A stretch of DNA of 20,000 nucleotides from Chiloscyllium plagiosum (lineage: Eukaryota): the NCBI RefSeq assembly GCF_004010195.1, contig NC_057719.1, forward strand, positions 60,549,559 to 60,569,558, given 5' to 3'. Every line of letters begins with the position of its first letter. The first letter of the stretch is position 1. Under the pieces are notes generated by a model. The model was not told the origin of the DNA. It ran no database searches and saw only the letters and a list, made by a program, of their open reading frames with translations. Positions 1 to 10,481 of the stretch are shown here, piece by piece. The translations under genes were made by a program, and so were the position numbers.

Positions 1-46
1 CTCAGCTAGTGCAAGAAGTGAACCCATGCTGTTGGCATCACTCACT
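1..46 (-). mobile_element. Possible tRNA-derived SINE head fragment
   Basis: The reverse complement reads GTGAGTGATGCCAACAGCATGGGTTCACTTCTTGCACTAGCTGAG, with a degenerate Pol III B-box-like GGTTCACTTCT. It is short and cut by the window edge. Confidence 0.35.
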
Positions 47-399
47 ATTCATTAATGATGCAAAATATTTCATGGACCAAAGTGTGAAGTGAGCAGCTTT
101 TGCACCTTAAGCAAACATGGAAGGCATATACTATTTTGGCAACCAGAGTCATTCATTCCAGGCTACAATACATTGCTTGTGCACCATATTGTGATTAATG
201 GGAATTGTTTCTGGTGTTATATGATGTGGTTAGGAGTGATTGAGGCCAAGATTTGAACAGAATACAGTAGATAAATTTTAAACATCACAGACAGTATTTA
301 TTGCTCGCATATGTCTTTTACCTGTACAATGTGTGCCTGCTTTTGCCCTTTGAAGGGTGTCACATCACATGAAAGTGGACCCTGCCCTCGCATAAAAAA

Positions 400-1347
400 A
401 ATGAGCCAACCATTTTCAACTGCTTTATCATTGACCTTCCCACTATCATAAGGTCAGAAGTATTGCTGTTCCTGATGATGACACAATGTTCAGTGCCATT
501 TACAACTCCTCAGACACTGAAGTGATCCAAGTTCAAATGCAACAAGACCAAGGCAATATCCAGGCGTGGCCTGACAAGTGGGAAGTAACACTCCTGCTAC
601 ACAAATGCCAGGTAATTAACCTCTCCAATAAGAAACAATCTAACCACCCACACTTGACAGTCAATGGTGTTACCATCACTGAATCCTCCACTATCAACAT
701 CTTTTGAAGTTATCAGAAACTCAACTGTACTGACCACATAAATACAGTGGCTACAAAAGCAAGGCAGAGGCTAGGAATATGTGGTGAGTAACTCATCTCC
801 TGACTCCCCCAAAGACTGTCAGTCATCTGGAAGGCACAAGACAGGAGTGTGATGGAATATTCCCCACTTCCTTAAATGCTCCAATATCACTCAAGAGTCT
901 GACAGCATTCAGGACAAAGCAGAGCACTTGTTTGTAATCATATCCATAAGTATTAATTCCCTCCCACCACTAATGCTCAGTTGCAGCTGTATGTATTATA
1001 AGAGGCAGTGAAGAAATTCACTAAGGCTCCTTAGACAGCACCTTCCAAATCTGCAATCATTTCCATCTAGAAGGGCAAGGGCTGCAGATACATGGGAACA
1101 CCATCATCTGCAAGTTCCCCTCCAAGCCATTCATCATCCTGACTTGGAAGTATATTGCTGTTCCTTCACTGTTGCAGTGTCAAAATCCTGGAATTCCCTC
1201 CCCAAGGACATTATGGATCAACCCAGAGCATGTGAAATGCAGTAGTTCAAGATAGAAGCTCACCATCTTCTCAACGATAATGAGAGATGACCAATAAATG
1301 CTGGCCAACCCCAATGGCATCCACATCCCACGAGTGAATAAAAAAAA
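400..1347 (+). mobile_element. 5'-truncated, decayed non-LTR retrotransposon (CR1-group LINE): RT C-terminus plus 3' tail
   Basis: From 421 it translates CFIIDLPTIIRSEVLLF followed by a frameshifted DD (the FADD region), then MFSAIYNSSD..Q.D...IQAWPDKWEVT...KCQVI (ORF 486-707). There are many stops and frameshifts. It ends in AATAAATGCTGGCC...CCACATCCCACGAGTGAATAAAAAAAA. Confidence 0.85.
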
Positions 1348-1407
1348 GTAATTTACCCAACCAATTCCAAGTACGGTGGCAGCCATTTTCACACCATGTT
1401 CATATTC

Positions 1408-1631
1408 AGCGAAAGTGAGGACTGCAAATGCTGGAGATCAGAGTCAAGATTAGAGTGGTGTTGGAAAAGCACAGCAGGTCAGGCAGCATTCGAGGAGCAG
1501 GAAAATCGATGTTTCAGGCAAAAGCCATTCATCGGGACTTTCTGAAGGGCTTTTGCCCGAAATATCGATATTCCTGCTCCTCAGATGTTGCCTAACCTGC
1601 TATGCTTTTCCAGCACCACTCTAATCTTGAA
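1408..1631. mobile_element. Palindromic non-coding insertion built from two inverted Penelope-like terminal segments, with a 12-bp TSD
   Basis: Inverted arms 1444-1531 and 1543-1630 are 88 nt each, with 10 mismatches by manual alignment. The direct repeat ATGTTCATATTC flanks it at 1396-1407 and 1632-1643. The arms match the PLE termini at 7438-7530 and 16019-16095. Confidence 0.85.
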
Positions 1632-2216
1632 ATGTTCATATTCCCCCATTATAGCTTCCCAGTAACTCCACTTGCTTTGATCTTCCCCAAATTCTCACCC
1701 ATCCTGTTTATTTCACTGTTTATCTCCATACTTTACCACCTTTGCTCAACCATATCCAGTCATCATACCAAATGTACTGCTCTGTCTCACCTTTGAAGCA
1801 AATATGGTGTTGACTGTTGGTGAAGCTCCCAACTTAACTATTTCCCTCTTGTGCTCTATCCCCATACCTTATATATTGAGTTTCCACCTTGACAACGTTT
1901 CTGCATCTCAGTATGTTATTTCTAAACTTCATAGTTGAGTTCTTCGGCTTCCCTCTTCAGCAGTGGCTCCTAATAGCACACCCTTGCCATTTGACTGATG
2001 GACCACTAGGATCATAGCTTGGACAGAGAGCCCTGACTGATGACAGACCAGAATCAACTGATCTTTGTGCATATACCAACTGATGTTCTATGGCTCTTCG
2101 AATTGACAAGGCTAACTGTAGCTCACTCCCTGACTGTAGAGATACAGACCGCCTGAACCTAGATGTCCCAATTAGCCATGCCCAAGCTCATGGACTATTA
2201 TCAAAGGCTACTCTTG

Positions 2217-2248
2217 AGGTCTGTTTCCATGCTGTATGATTCTAAGAC
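2217..2248 (+). repeat. Isolated CR1/SINE-type 3' tail remnant
   Basis: AGGTCTGTTTCCATGCTGTATGATTCTAAGAC resembles the CR1 tail at 4927-4962 (GGGCCTGTACTGTGCTGTAATGTTCTATGATCTATG). Confidence 0.4.
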
Positions 2249-2584
2249 AGAAGACGACTTAACTTAGACTTGAGATATGGCCATTTAGTTCATGCAGTAT
2301 GCTTGATGCGTAAGCTGATTACATGTGGTACACTTTTGAAACTGGCGTAGAATGGTGATGTACAGCTATGATTGCTGACAACCATGACACACTGCTTGGT
2401 TTTGTGTCTCCATGAAGCAGCACAGTAACACATGAATATTGTGAGCCTTTATGATTTGGCTGAAGGGGCAAATACAAAAAAGTAAAGCATTGCAGATACT
2501 GTGAGCATCCAAATGGGAACAAAGAGAGTCAGCATTAAAATAATAGATAAGGAGCTCCGAAATACACTCTGGTCCATCCACCTA

Positions 2585-4962
2585 TAGTTCGAGTACCTTT
2601 AGATGGGTCAGTTTTTGTCCAATGTGTGCAGGAGGGTTTCCTGACACAGTATGTAGGCAAGCCAACAAGGGGTGAGGCTAAATTGGATTTGGTACTGGGT
2701 AATGAACCTGCCCAGGTGTTAGATTTAGAGGTAGGTGAGCACTTTGGTGAAAGTGACCACAATTTGGGTATGTTTACTTTAGCAATGGAAAGGGATAGAT
2801 ATACACTGCAGGCAAGAATTATTATTGTGGGAAAGGTAACAATGATGCAATTAGGCAAGATTTAGGATGCATAAGATTGGAAATTAAACTGCAGGGGATG
2901 GGGCCAATTGAAATGTGAAACTTATCCAAGGAACAGCTACTGCATGTCCTTGATAAATATGTACCTGCCAGGCAGGGAGGAAGTGGTCAAGTGAGGGAGC
3001 CATGGTTTACTAAAGAAGTTGAATCTTTTGTCAAATGGAAGAGTGCTTATGTTAGGATGAGATGTGAAGGCTTTGTTAAGGCACTTCTAAGTTACAGGTT
3101 AGCCAGGAAAAACCTAGTGAGAGAATTAAGAAGAGCCAGGAGAGGACAAGAGAAGTCATTGGCAGATAGGATCAAGGAAATTGCTAAAGCTTTCTATCGG
3201 TATATCAGGAATAAAAGAATGACTAGAGGAAGATTAAGGCCAATCAAGGATAGTAGGAAGTTGTGTGTGGCATCCGAGGAGATAGGGGAAGCACTAAATG
3301 AATATCTTTTCGTCAGTATTCACAGAGGAAAAAGACAATGTTGTCGAGGAGAATACTGAGATACAGGCTACAAGACTAGATGGAATTGAGGTTCACAAGG
3401 AGGAGGTGTTAGCAATTCTGGGAAGTATGAAAATAGATAAGTCTCCTGGGCCAGATGGGATTTATCCTAGGATTCTCCGGGAAGCCAGGTAGGAGATTGC
3501 AGAACCTTTAGCTTTGATCTCTATGTTGTCATTATCTACAAGAATAGTGCCAGAAGACTGGAGGATAGCAAATGTTGTCCCCTTATTCAAGAAGGGAAGT
3601 ATAGACAACCCTGGTATTATAGACCAGTGAGCCTTACTTCAGTTGTGGGTAAAGTGTTGGAAAATGTCATAGGATATAGCATTTATAATCATCTCTAAAA
3701 GAATAAGATTAGGGACAGTCAACACAGTTTTGAGAGGGGTACGTCGTGCCTCACGAAACTTATTAAGTTATTTGAGATGGTGACTAAACAGTTGGATGAG
3801 GGTAAAGTGGTTGATTTGGTGTATATGGATTTCAGTAAGGCATTCAATAAGGTTACCCATGATAGGCTATTGCATAAAATACGGAGGCATGGGATTGAAG
3901 GTGATTTAGCGGTTTGGATCAGAAAGTGGCTAGCTGAAAGAAGACAGAGGATGGTTGTTGATGGAAAATGTTCATCCTGGAGTTTACTTACTAGAAGTTT
4001 ACCACAGGGATCTGTTTTGGGGTCACTGTTGTTTGTCATTTTTATACATGACCTTGATGAGGGCAAAGGATGGATTAGTAAATTTGCAGATGTCATGAAG
4101 GTCAGTGGAATTGTGGATAGTGCTGAAGGATGTTGCAGGTTACAGAGGGACATAGATAAGCTGCAGAGCTGGGCTGAGAGGTGGCAAATGGAATTTAATG
4201 CATACAAGTGTGAGGTGATTCACTTTGGAAGGAGCAACAAGAATGCAGAGTACTGGGCTACTGGTATGATTCTTGGTAGTATAGATGAGCATAGAGATGT
4301 CCATATTATAGATCCCTGAAAATTACCAACCAGGTTGATAGGGTTGTCAAGAAGGCATACTGTGTGTTAGCTTTTACTGATGGAGGGATTGAGTTTCAGA
4401 GCTACGAGGTCACGCTGCAGCTGTACAAAACTCTGGTGCGGCCACACTTGGAGTACTGGTCACTGCATTATAGGAAGGATGTGGAAGCTTTGGAAAAGGT
4501 GCAGAGGAAATTTACCAGGATGTTGCCTAGTATAGAGGGAAGATCTTATGAAGAAAGGCTGAGGGATTTGAGGCTGTTTTCATTAGAGAGAAAAAGGTTA
4601 AGAGGTGACTTAATTGAGACATATAAGATAATCAGAGGGTTAGAAAGGGTGGACAGTGAGACCTTTTTTCCTTGGATAGTGACGGCCAGCATGAGCGGAC
4701 ATAGCTTTAAATTGAGGGGTGATAGATATAGGATAGATGTCAGAGGTAGTTTCTTTACTCAGAGAGTAGTAGGGTAGTGGAATACACTGCCTGCAACAGT
4801 AGTAGACTCACCAATTTTAAGGGCATTTAAATGGTCATTGGATAAACCTATGGATGAAAATGGAATAGTGTAAGGTTGGTCAGCTTCAGATTGGTTCCAT
4901 AGGTCAGCACAATATAGGGGGCCGAAGGGCCTGTACTGTGCTGTAATGTTCTATGATCTATG
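2585..4962 (+). mobile_element. 5'-truncated CR1 LINE, ORF2 pseudogene (APE endonuclease C-terminus, linker, RT, 3'UTR and microsatellite tail)
   Basis: Fragmented ORFs give LTQYVGKPTRGEAKLDLVL..ESDHN (APE end), KSPGPDGIYPRILRE, VYMDFSKAFNKVTH, LPQGSVLGSLLF, ISKFADV (FADD mutated), [22 protein letters not shown] and LFSLERKRLRGDLIETYK. The tail is TGTTCTATGATCTATG. Confidence 0.95.
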
Positions 4963-6191
4963 AATGAGTGCCTATCCCTGTGAGCAATATGACCTGGCAG
5001 CAGGTTTGCGAAGAGAGATGCCAATGTCCCCAAAGTGCAGCACTGAAATGCAGAACCACATTGTAAGTGGGTTGGAGATGTGCCATGATGATGCAGTGAG
5101 ACTGATACATGTCCAATGCTGGTAGCTGTGGATAAGTGATGCATGCGGGCACTGCCTATGGACTATAGCCTAAATTGTTGGTGCCTAATGTTCAAGATGG
5201 AGGACTGGGAGAGCAAGCGAAAGGCTGGAGTCACCAAGTACCTGCTATAACTTTTATGTGGGGAATTTTCGCTGTCTAGTCTCTATCTGGCAGATGAGAG
5301 AATTGGAAACTGCATAGCAATGAGGTGAAATAAATCATCATCTGATATTAATATATGCTAATACATGCAAATAGGCTCTTACCACTCAGTAGTGAGAATC
5401 CCGAATCACAATTCATCATTTGATTGGAAAATGGAACTTTTATCTCAAAATTAAGAATCTTCTTACTACTGATCTCACTCAATTTTCCCAACTTTCTTAC
5501 CAATTGCACATGTCATTCAGGAGCTTGGAAGACTCCATCCTCTGCTGCTGCAGCCAAGACCCAAAGGCTGACATGTGCTCAAATTAAGTGCATCTCGCTC
5601 GGGCTGGACAGTAACTTGGAGTGAGAGAAGAAGGATCCAGTTACTGTGCTTTGTGTAGGTACAAGCAGCATAGGTATAACTAAGAAATAGATTCTGTTAA
5701 GGGAATATGGGCAGCTAGAGGAAAATTAAAAAGCAGAACCACAATGATAATAATCTTTGGATTATGACATGAAAAATAAACAATCTGGCACAGGTAAATA
5801 GATCATAGATCAAAGTGCATTGCTCAGAGTTTGGTGTGTGACATTGGTATTGGTACTGGGGGAAAGGGAACTATAGCCTTGGGATGGTCTTAACTTGAAC
5901 TGTGCCAAGACTGGCATCCTGGTAAATTCACTGAGTTGGGGAGGTGAAGGAAGGGTTCACATAAGGAAAGATTTAGAAAAATGCAATGGCAATAATGAAG
6001 GACAATACATTAGGGAATGATATTCAGTGTGTGACAGAAAGTTGTAGAGCATAAAACACAAATGTCGGGAAAAATTGGAAAAATGCCAGTTTAAAGGTTC
6101 TTTATGTGAGCACATGGAGGATTGAAGATTAGCTGCCTGACAGAGAACAGAGGTAATGCAGAAATGGGTCTTGGTCTGATTGCAGGATTTG

Positions 6192-6430
6192 TTTTTATTC
6201 ATTCACAGGAGAAGGGTGTCGCTGGCTAGGCCAGCATTTATTTCCCAGAGGGCAGTTAAGAATTGCTGTGGGTCTGGATTCAAAGGTAGGCCAGACCAAG
6301 TAAGGAAGGCAGTTTCCTTCCTTAAAGGGCATTAGTGAAGCATATGGGTTTCCAACAGTCAATGATTTACGGTCATCATCAGACTCTTATTTCCAGATTA
6401 TTATTGAATTCAACTTCCACCATCTCGGCC
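6192..6430 (-). mobile_element. SINE-like element (body and 3' tail), head truncated; its tail is shared with the LINE at 400-1347
   Basis: The reverse complement ends GGGAAATAAATGCTGGCCTAGCCAGCGACACCCTTCTCCTGTGAATGAATAAAAAC, matching the LINE 3' end at about 1292-1347. The upstream body is non-coding and unrelated to that LINE. Confidence 0.7.
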
Positions 6431-6464
6431 ATCGTCTCCTCTTGTGGATGTGATAAGTGGAGTC

Positions 6465-6700
6465 CAATTTACAATGACCTGAATGAGTGATGTGAAAGTG
6501 TGGTAGCTAAATTTACGATGACACCAAGATAGATAAAAAGTATGCTGTGAAGGAGGTTAATAGAGAGAAGGATAGGTTGAACGATTGAGTGAGTGAACAA
6601 AAACTGGCAGATGGAGTATCATTTGAGAAAATATGAAGTTGTTCACTTTGCCAGAAAGAATGAAAAAGCATGGTATTACATAATTAGAGAAATTATTGAT
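6465..6700 (+). mobile_element. Old, highly decayed CR1 RT fragment
   Basis: Remnants include NDL.., VAKF-DDTKI (GCTAAATTTACGATGACACCAAG), WQMEY and EVVHF..KN. Confidence 0.7.
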
Positions 6701-6706
6701 TGGGAT

Positions 6707-7269
6707 TGTTATGGACCAGACCAGACACTCCCACCTCCTCAAAATATGTTAAGAAGGTAGCCCAGACCCTAACTTTTTCTTATTTTAATTTTAATTTTAT
6801 TCACTTTACATATTCCATGTGTGATGAAGCTGGTCACACTAGAATTTATTTAAACAGTACTGTTGAAACACAAACAAAGAAAACAGAATTTAGAATAATC
6901 AACTATTTGAAAACTCAACCGACTCGAAATCACTACTTAACTAAGGAGCTGTACCAATTCCCATAACATCCCGTAAATACACCTCTTGGCAAAAGGAAAA
7001 TTCAAATACAGGTTCTTACAGGCAGGAGAGATTTCAGAGAATCAAGCCTGTCAAAAATCTGCTGATGCTTGGATCCTTTCTCCAGACTGCAGCAACTTCT
7101 CACTGTTATAACTAAAAGAAACTAAAAAACCTGAATTGGGAGAATGAGCATCTCCCTTGCCATTGTTAAACTAAGCTCCTTCCCATACATTCCGGTAACT
7201 CTGTCCTTACAACCTCTCTTAAAAAAATCCTCGGACAAAATAATTTTGTTAGGGGGCAGCATCGTCACA
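6707..7269. mobile_element. Solo-LTR-like unit (family A)
   Basis: It starts TGTTATG and ends CGTCACA (TG...CA), with imperfect 4-bp flanks GGAT/AGAT. It is non-coding and homologous along its length to 14240-14880. Confidence 0.7.
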
Positions 7270-7339
7270 AGATGAACATCAGTTTGATAAAGCACGCAAT
7301 GGTGTGAAAGGAGTGTATATTCCATATTGACCATACATG

Positions 7340-7437
7340 CTAGAGGCAAGGATAGAAGATTGACTGACTGGCAGAAGACACAAAATAGGGATAAAGGGGT
7401 ATTTTTTAGGAAGGCAGCTGGTGACGAGTGGAGTGCT
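7340..7437 (+). mobile_element. Short CR1 RT fragment
   Basis: It translates roughly RIED*LTGRRHKIGIKG...QLVTSGV, the RT segment preceding the PQGS motif. Confidence 0.6.
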
Positions 7438-7497
7438 GATTAGAGTGGTGCTGGAAAAGCACAGCAGGTCAGGCAGCATCCGAGGAGCAGGAAAATC

Positions 7498-7525
7498 GAC
7501 GTTTCGGGCAAAAGCCTTTCATCAG
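7498..7525 (-). ncRNA. Minimal hammerhead ribozyme-like motif in a PLE terminus
   Basis: The minus strand reads CUGAUGA-A-AGGC-UUUU-GCCC-GAAA-CGUC. The core is intact, with a short stem II (one mismatch), a palindromic ACGU in place of stem III, and a GUC cleavage triplet. Confidence 0.65.
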
Positions 7526-7530
7526 GAATA

Positions 7531-8122
7531 NNNNNNNNNNNNNNNNNNNNNNNNNNNNNNNNNNNNNNNNNNNNNNNNNNNNNNNNNNNNNNNNNNNNNN
7601 NNNNNNNNNNNNNNNNNNNNNNNNNNNNNNNNNNNNNNNNNNNNNNNNNNNNNNNNNNNNNNNNNNNNNNNNNNNNNNNNNNNNNNNNNNNNNNNNNNNN
7701 NNNNNNNNNNNNNNNNNNNNNNNNNNNNNNNNNNNNNNNNNNNNNNNNNNNNNNNNNNNNNNNNNNNNNNNNNNNNNNNNNNNNNNNNNNNNNNNNNNNN
7801 NNNNNNNNNNNNNNNNNNNNNNNNNNNNNNNNNNNNNNNNNNNNNNNNNNNNNNNNNNNNNNNNNNNNNNNNNNNNNNNNNNNNNNNNNNNNNNNNNNNN
7901 NNNNNNNNNNNNNNNNNNNNNNNNNNNNNNNNNNNNNNNNNNNNNNNNNNNNNNNNNNNNNNNNNNNNNNNNNNNNNNNNNNNNNNNNNNNNNNNNNNNN
8001 NNNNNNNNNNNNNNNNNNNNNNNNNNNNNNNNNNNNNNNNNNNNNNNNNNNNNNNNNNNNNNNNNNNNNNNNNNNNNNNNNNNNNNNNNNNNNNNNNNNN
8101 NNNNNNNNNNNNNNNNNNNNNN
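7531..8122. other. Assembly gap (592 N)
   Basis: Run of N bases. Confidence 1.
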
Positions 8123-9143
8123 TCTGTCCTTGTTACGGTTGGAGGGGTGGGGTTTGAGGCGGAGGGGTGGGATGTGGATGAGATGCATTGGATGACCATC
8201 TCTGACACCTCCCTTCCCTTCCTGGACATCTCCATCTCCATTAATTACGACCGACTTGACACTGACATTTTTTACAAAGCCACTGACTCCCACAGCTACC
8301 TGGATTATACCTCTTCCCACCCTACCTCCAGCAAAAATGCCATCCCGTATTCCCAATTCCTCAGCCCCAGGAGAACCAGTTCCACCACAGAACCTACCAG
8401 ATGGCCTCCTTCTTTAATGACCACAATTTCCCTTCCCAGGTGGTTAAAGATGCATCTCATCCACATCCTGCTCCTCTGCCCTCAAACCCCACCCCTCCAA
8501 CCGTAACAAGGACAGAACCCCCCGGTGCTCACCTTCCACCCTTCGCATACACCACATCATTCAATGACATTTCCACCACCTCCAAACGGACCCCACCCCC
8601 TTTTCCACTTTGAGGGCAGTACAATCAAAAAGCAACTATCTTTTTTGTGTCCCAATAGAATCAGTAATCAGGTTTCCAAAGATCATCAGAAAATTTAGTC
8701 ACTTGCTAATCCACTTGAAATTCAGAACTTAGCATTTATAAAAGGGCTTTTCTGGACATTATGAATGCTCACTAATTGATTTCTCTGATATGGCTATTAT
8801 TAAATACTTAAGTTTTGGAAATCCTCTGATCCTACTCCACAACTGCAGGGTAAGGTATTGGACTTCTCTTTGTGCAAAGTTTGTATTGCTGAATTAATCC
8901 AATTGCCTTGGATTTGAAGCATTTAAATGTTTTGGCCTGACTTTTGGCATTTATAGTGTTATTAGGAGGAAAGTATCACTATGGTGCCTCTCCACAGATT
9001 AACTGCACTTGCATTTGTTGGAGTTTGAACTTTCCAGTTTTCTGCTGCTTTTTTTCCCACTGATTTGTTTAATTGTCATTGTCTCCTGGAAATTGACCAA
9101 AATTTAGCTCCTCCTTATGGCCTTTTGCAAAACCACAACCAAG

Positions 9144-9831
9144 TGTTACGACACGGGGTAAACACTGCTGCTTAATTTAAAACCAGCAACACAGAAAAGA
9201 TTTATCACGTGCAGTAATCTGTAAAAATTCGAGTGGCCAAGAACTACTTAAATTAACAACTTTATTTCTTAAAGTATAACAGAGAATAATTGACTAACAA
9301 CTATGTACAAGTTCTTACTCTAACCTATCTTTTACCTTCCCTTCGATAATACTAGTCTGATAAAACTCCCAATTAAGATTTACAAATCAACAAGTATCTG
9401 AAAACCAAACAGCTTTCGGTTCTTCTGTTTGGATTTTCCTGTATCATCTTTTCTTCTTAGGGATTCTGCTTCACAGGTTACTGATTGAAAAGGGTACTTT
9501 TAAGATAGCTATTTTTCAGACAGTCTTTTACCCGCTGGTACTTGGCAGTTCTCCTCCCAATTGTTCATTTTTTTTCCCCAGTCATTATGTAATTGGCTTT
9601 TAAGATTGTTAATATATTCAATTCAAACTTGATTGGAAATTGGGATTTTTTGGGGGGGGTATAATTTAAACTGATTGGCCCAATTCAAATCTGTTTTCGT
9701 CATTTCCAAGCAACAAGATAATTGAGTTGTTTAATTGTGTTACATTGTTACCTTATTGAGAACACTTGGTGCTGTGTCTAGTAGTTCTTCTGCTTTTAAC
9801 TCTTTTAAGGAATACCCACATTGTCATAACA
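9144..9831. mobile_element. Solo-LTR-like unit (family B)
   Basis: Terminal inverted repeat TGTTACGACA...TGTCATAACA (9/10 match) with imperfect 4-bp flanks CAAG/GAAG. It is non-coding and has internal TGATTGG (reverse CCAAT) motifs near 9630 and 9672. Confidence 0.7.
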
Positions 9832-9847
9832 GAAGAGATATGAAAGC

Positions 9848-9975
9848 CATTCTGAAGAAGGGTCACTAGACCTGAAACTCTGCTTTCTCTCTGCAGATGC
9901 TCCCAGACCTGCTGTGTTTTTCCAGCAGTTTCTGTTTTTGTTTCTGATTTGCAGTATGCACAGTTCTTTGATTTA
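9848..9975 (+). mobile_element. Short PLE-terminus-related repeat (second subfamily) with a hammerhead-like core
   Basis: CTGAAGA-A-GGGTC-ACTA-GACCT-GAAAC at 9852-9878 is followed by GATGCTCCCAGACCTGCTGTGTTTTTCCAGCA, paralleling GATGTTGCCTAACCTGCTATGCTTTTCCAGCA at 1584-1615. Confidence 0.65.
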
Positions 9976-10481
9976 TTTTGATTTGATGTAAAAACATCTT
10001 TTACACACAGAACACTACAAAATCATAACTGATGGGAAAATATACATATTTTCTCTCATTTGCATATAATCATTAACTGGCTGTTGCAAGTGGTCATACT
10101 TATTTTCTGCTTGCCATTTTGAGCAGAATTTTGGTCAACCACATTCTGATCATTCCACAACAAGCAGCCCAACATACATTTAAATTTAGGGCTTGTATAT
10201 TTCATTCACTTCTGAATACATGCCTTTAAATCATTCCTGCATGAAAACGTTAAAAGAGTATTAAAAGCCTTGTATATTCAACTGCATTTCCCATTGGCCC
10301 TACAATCCTCTAAACATATGGCAATTATGTTTTAAACTGAATATATCGTAAATCATATTTGTGTAAATATTGAAATGACTTATTACAGTACATTGCATGG
10401 CATTTAAAATGACTCTGTTTACACATGGGCAATTTGTCTGTTATATGCAGCTGCCCAGCAATCCCTTCAGACCAATCTATA

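Larger units (their letters stand above)
7438..8610. mobile_element. Penelope-like element with an inverted 5' segment (minus 7438-8188, spanning the gap; plus 8190-8610, RT C-terminal/thumb region)
   Basis: The plus part encodes TISDTSLPFLDISISI..DRLDTDIFYKATDSHSYLDYTSSHP..KNAIPYSQFL, typical of the PLE RT C-terminus. 8123-8188 is the reverse complement of 8450-8516. 7438-7530 is the PLE terminus in minus orientation. Confidence 0.85.

Noticed and set aside
3719..4207. 162-aa minus-strand ORF and similar ORFs (2535-2858, 13753-14079, 19579-19857)
   Set aside because: They are antisense shadows of retroelement coding sequence.
2626..4777. RT/endonuclease ORFs as a functional gene or a prokaryotic RT system (retron, DGR, group II intron)
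   Set aside because: These are standard CR1 ORF2 motifs broken by stops and frameshifts, the catalytic FADD is mutated to FADV, and the context is a eukaryotic repeat landscape.
5255..5435. Octamer ATGCAAAT (about 5365) as a regulatory site or an old MITE
   Set aside because: A single 8-mer is expected by chance, and I found no convincing TIR or TSD.
7421..8506. Long ORFs of 361, 295 and 239 aa
   Set aside because: They are artefacts of translating through the 592-N gap. The flanks are CR1 and PLE fragments.
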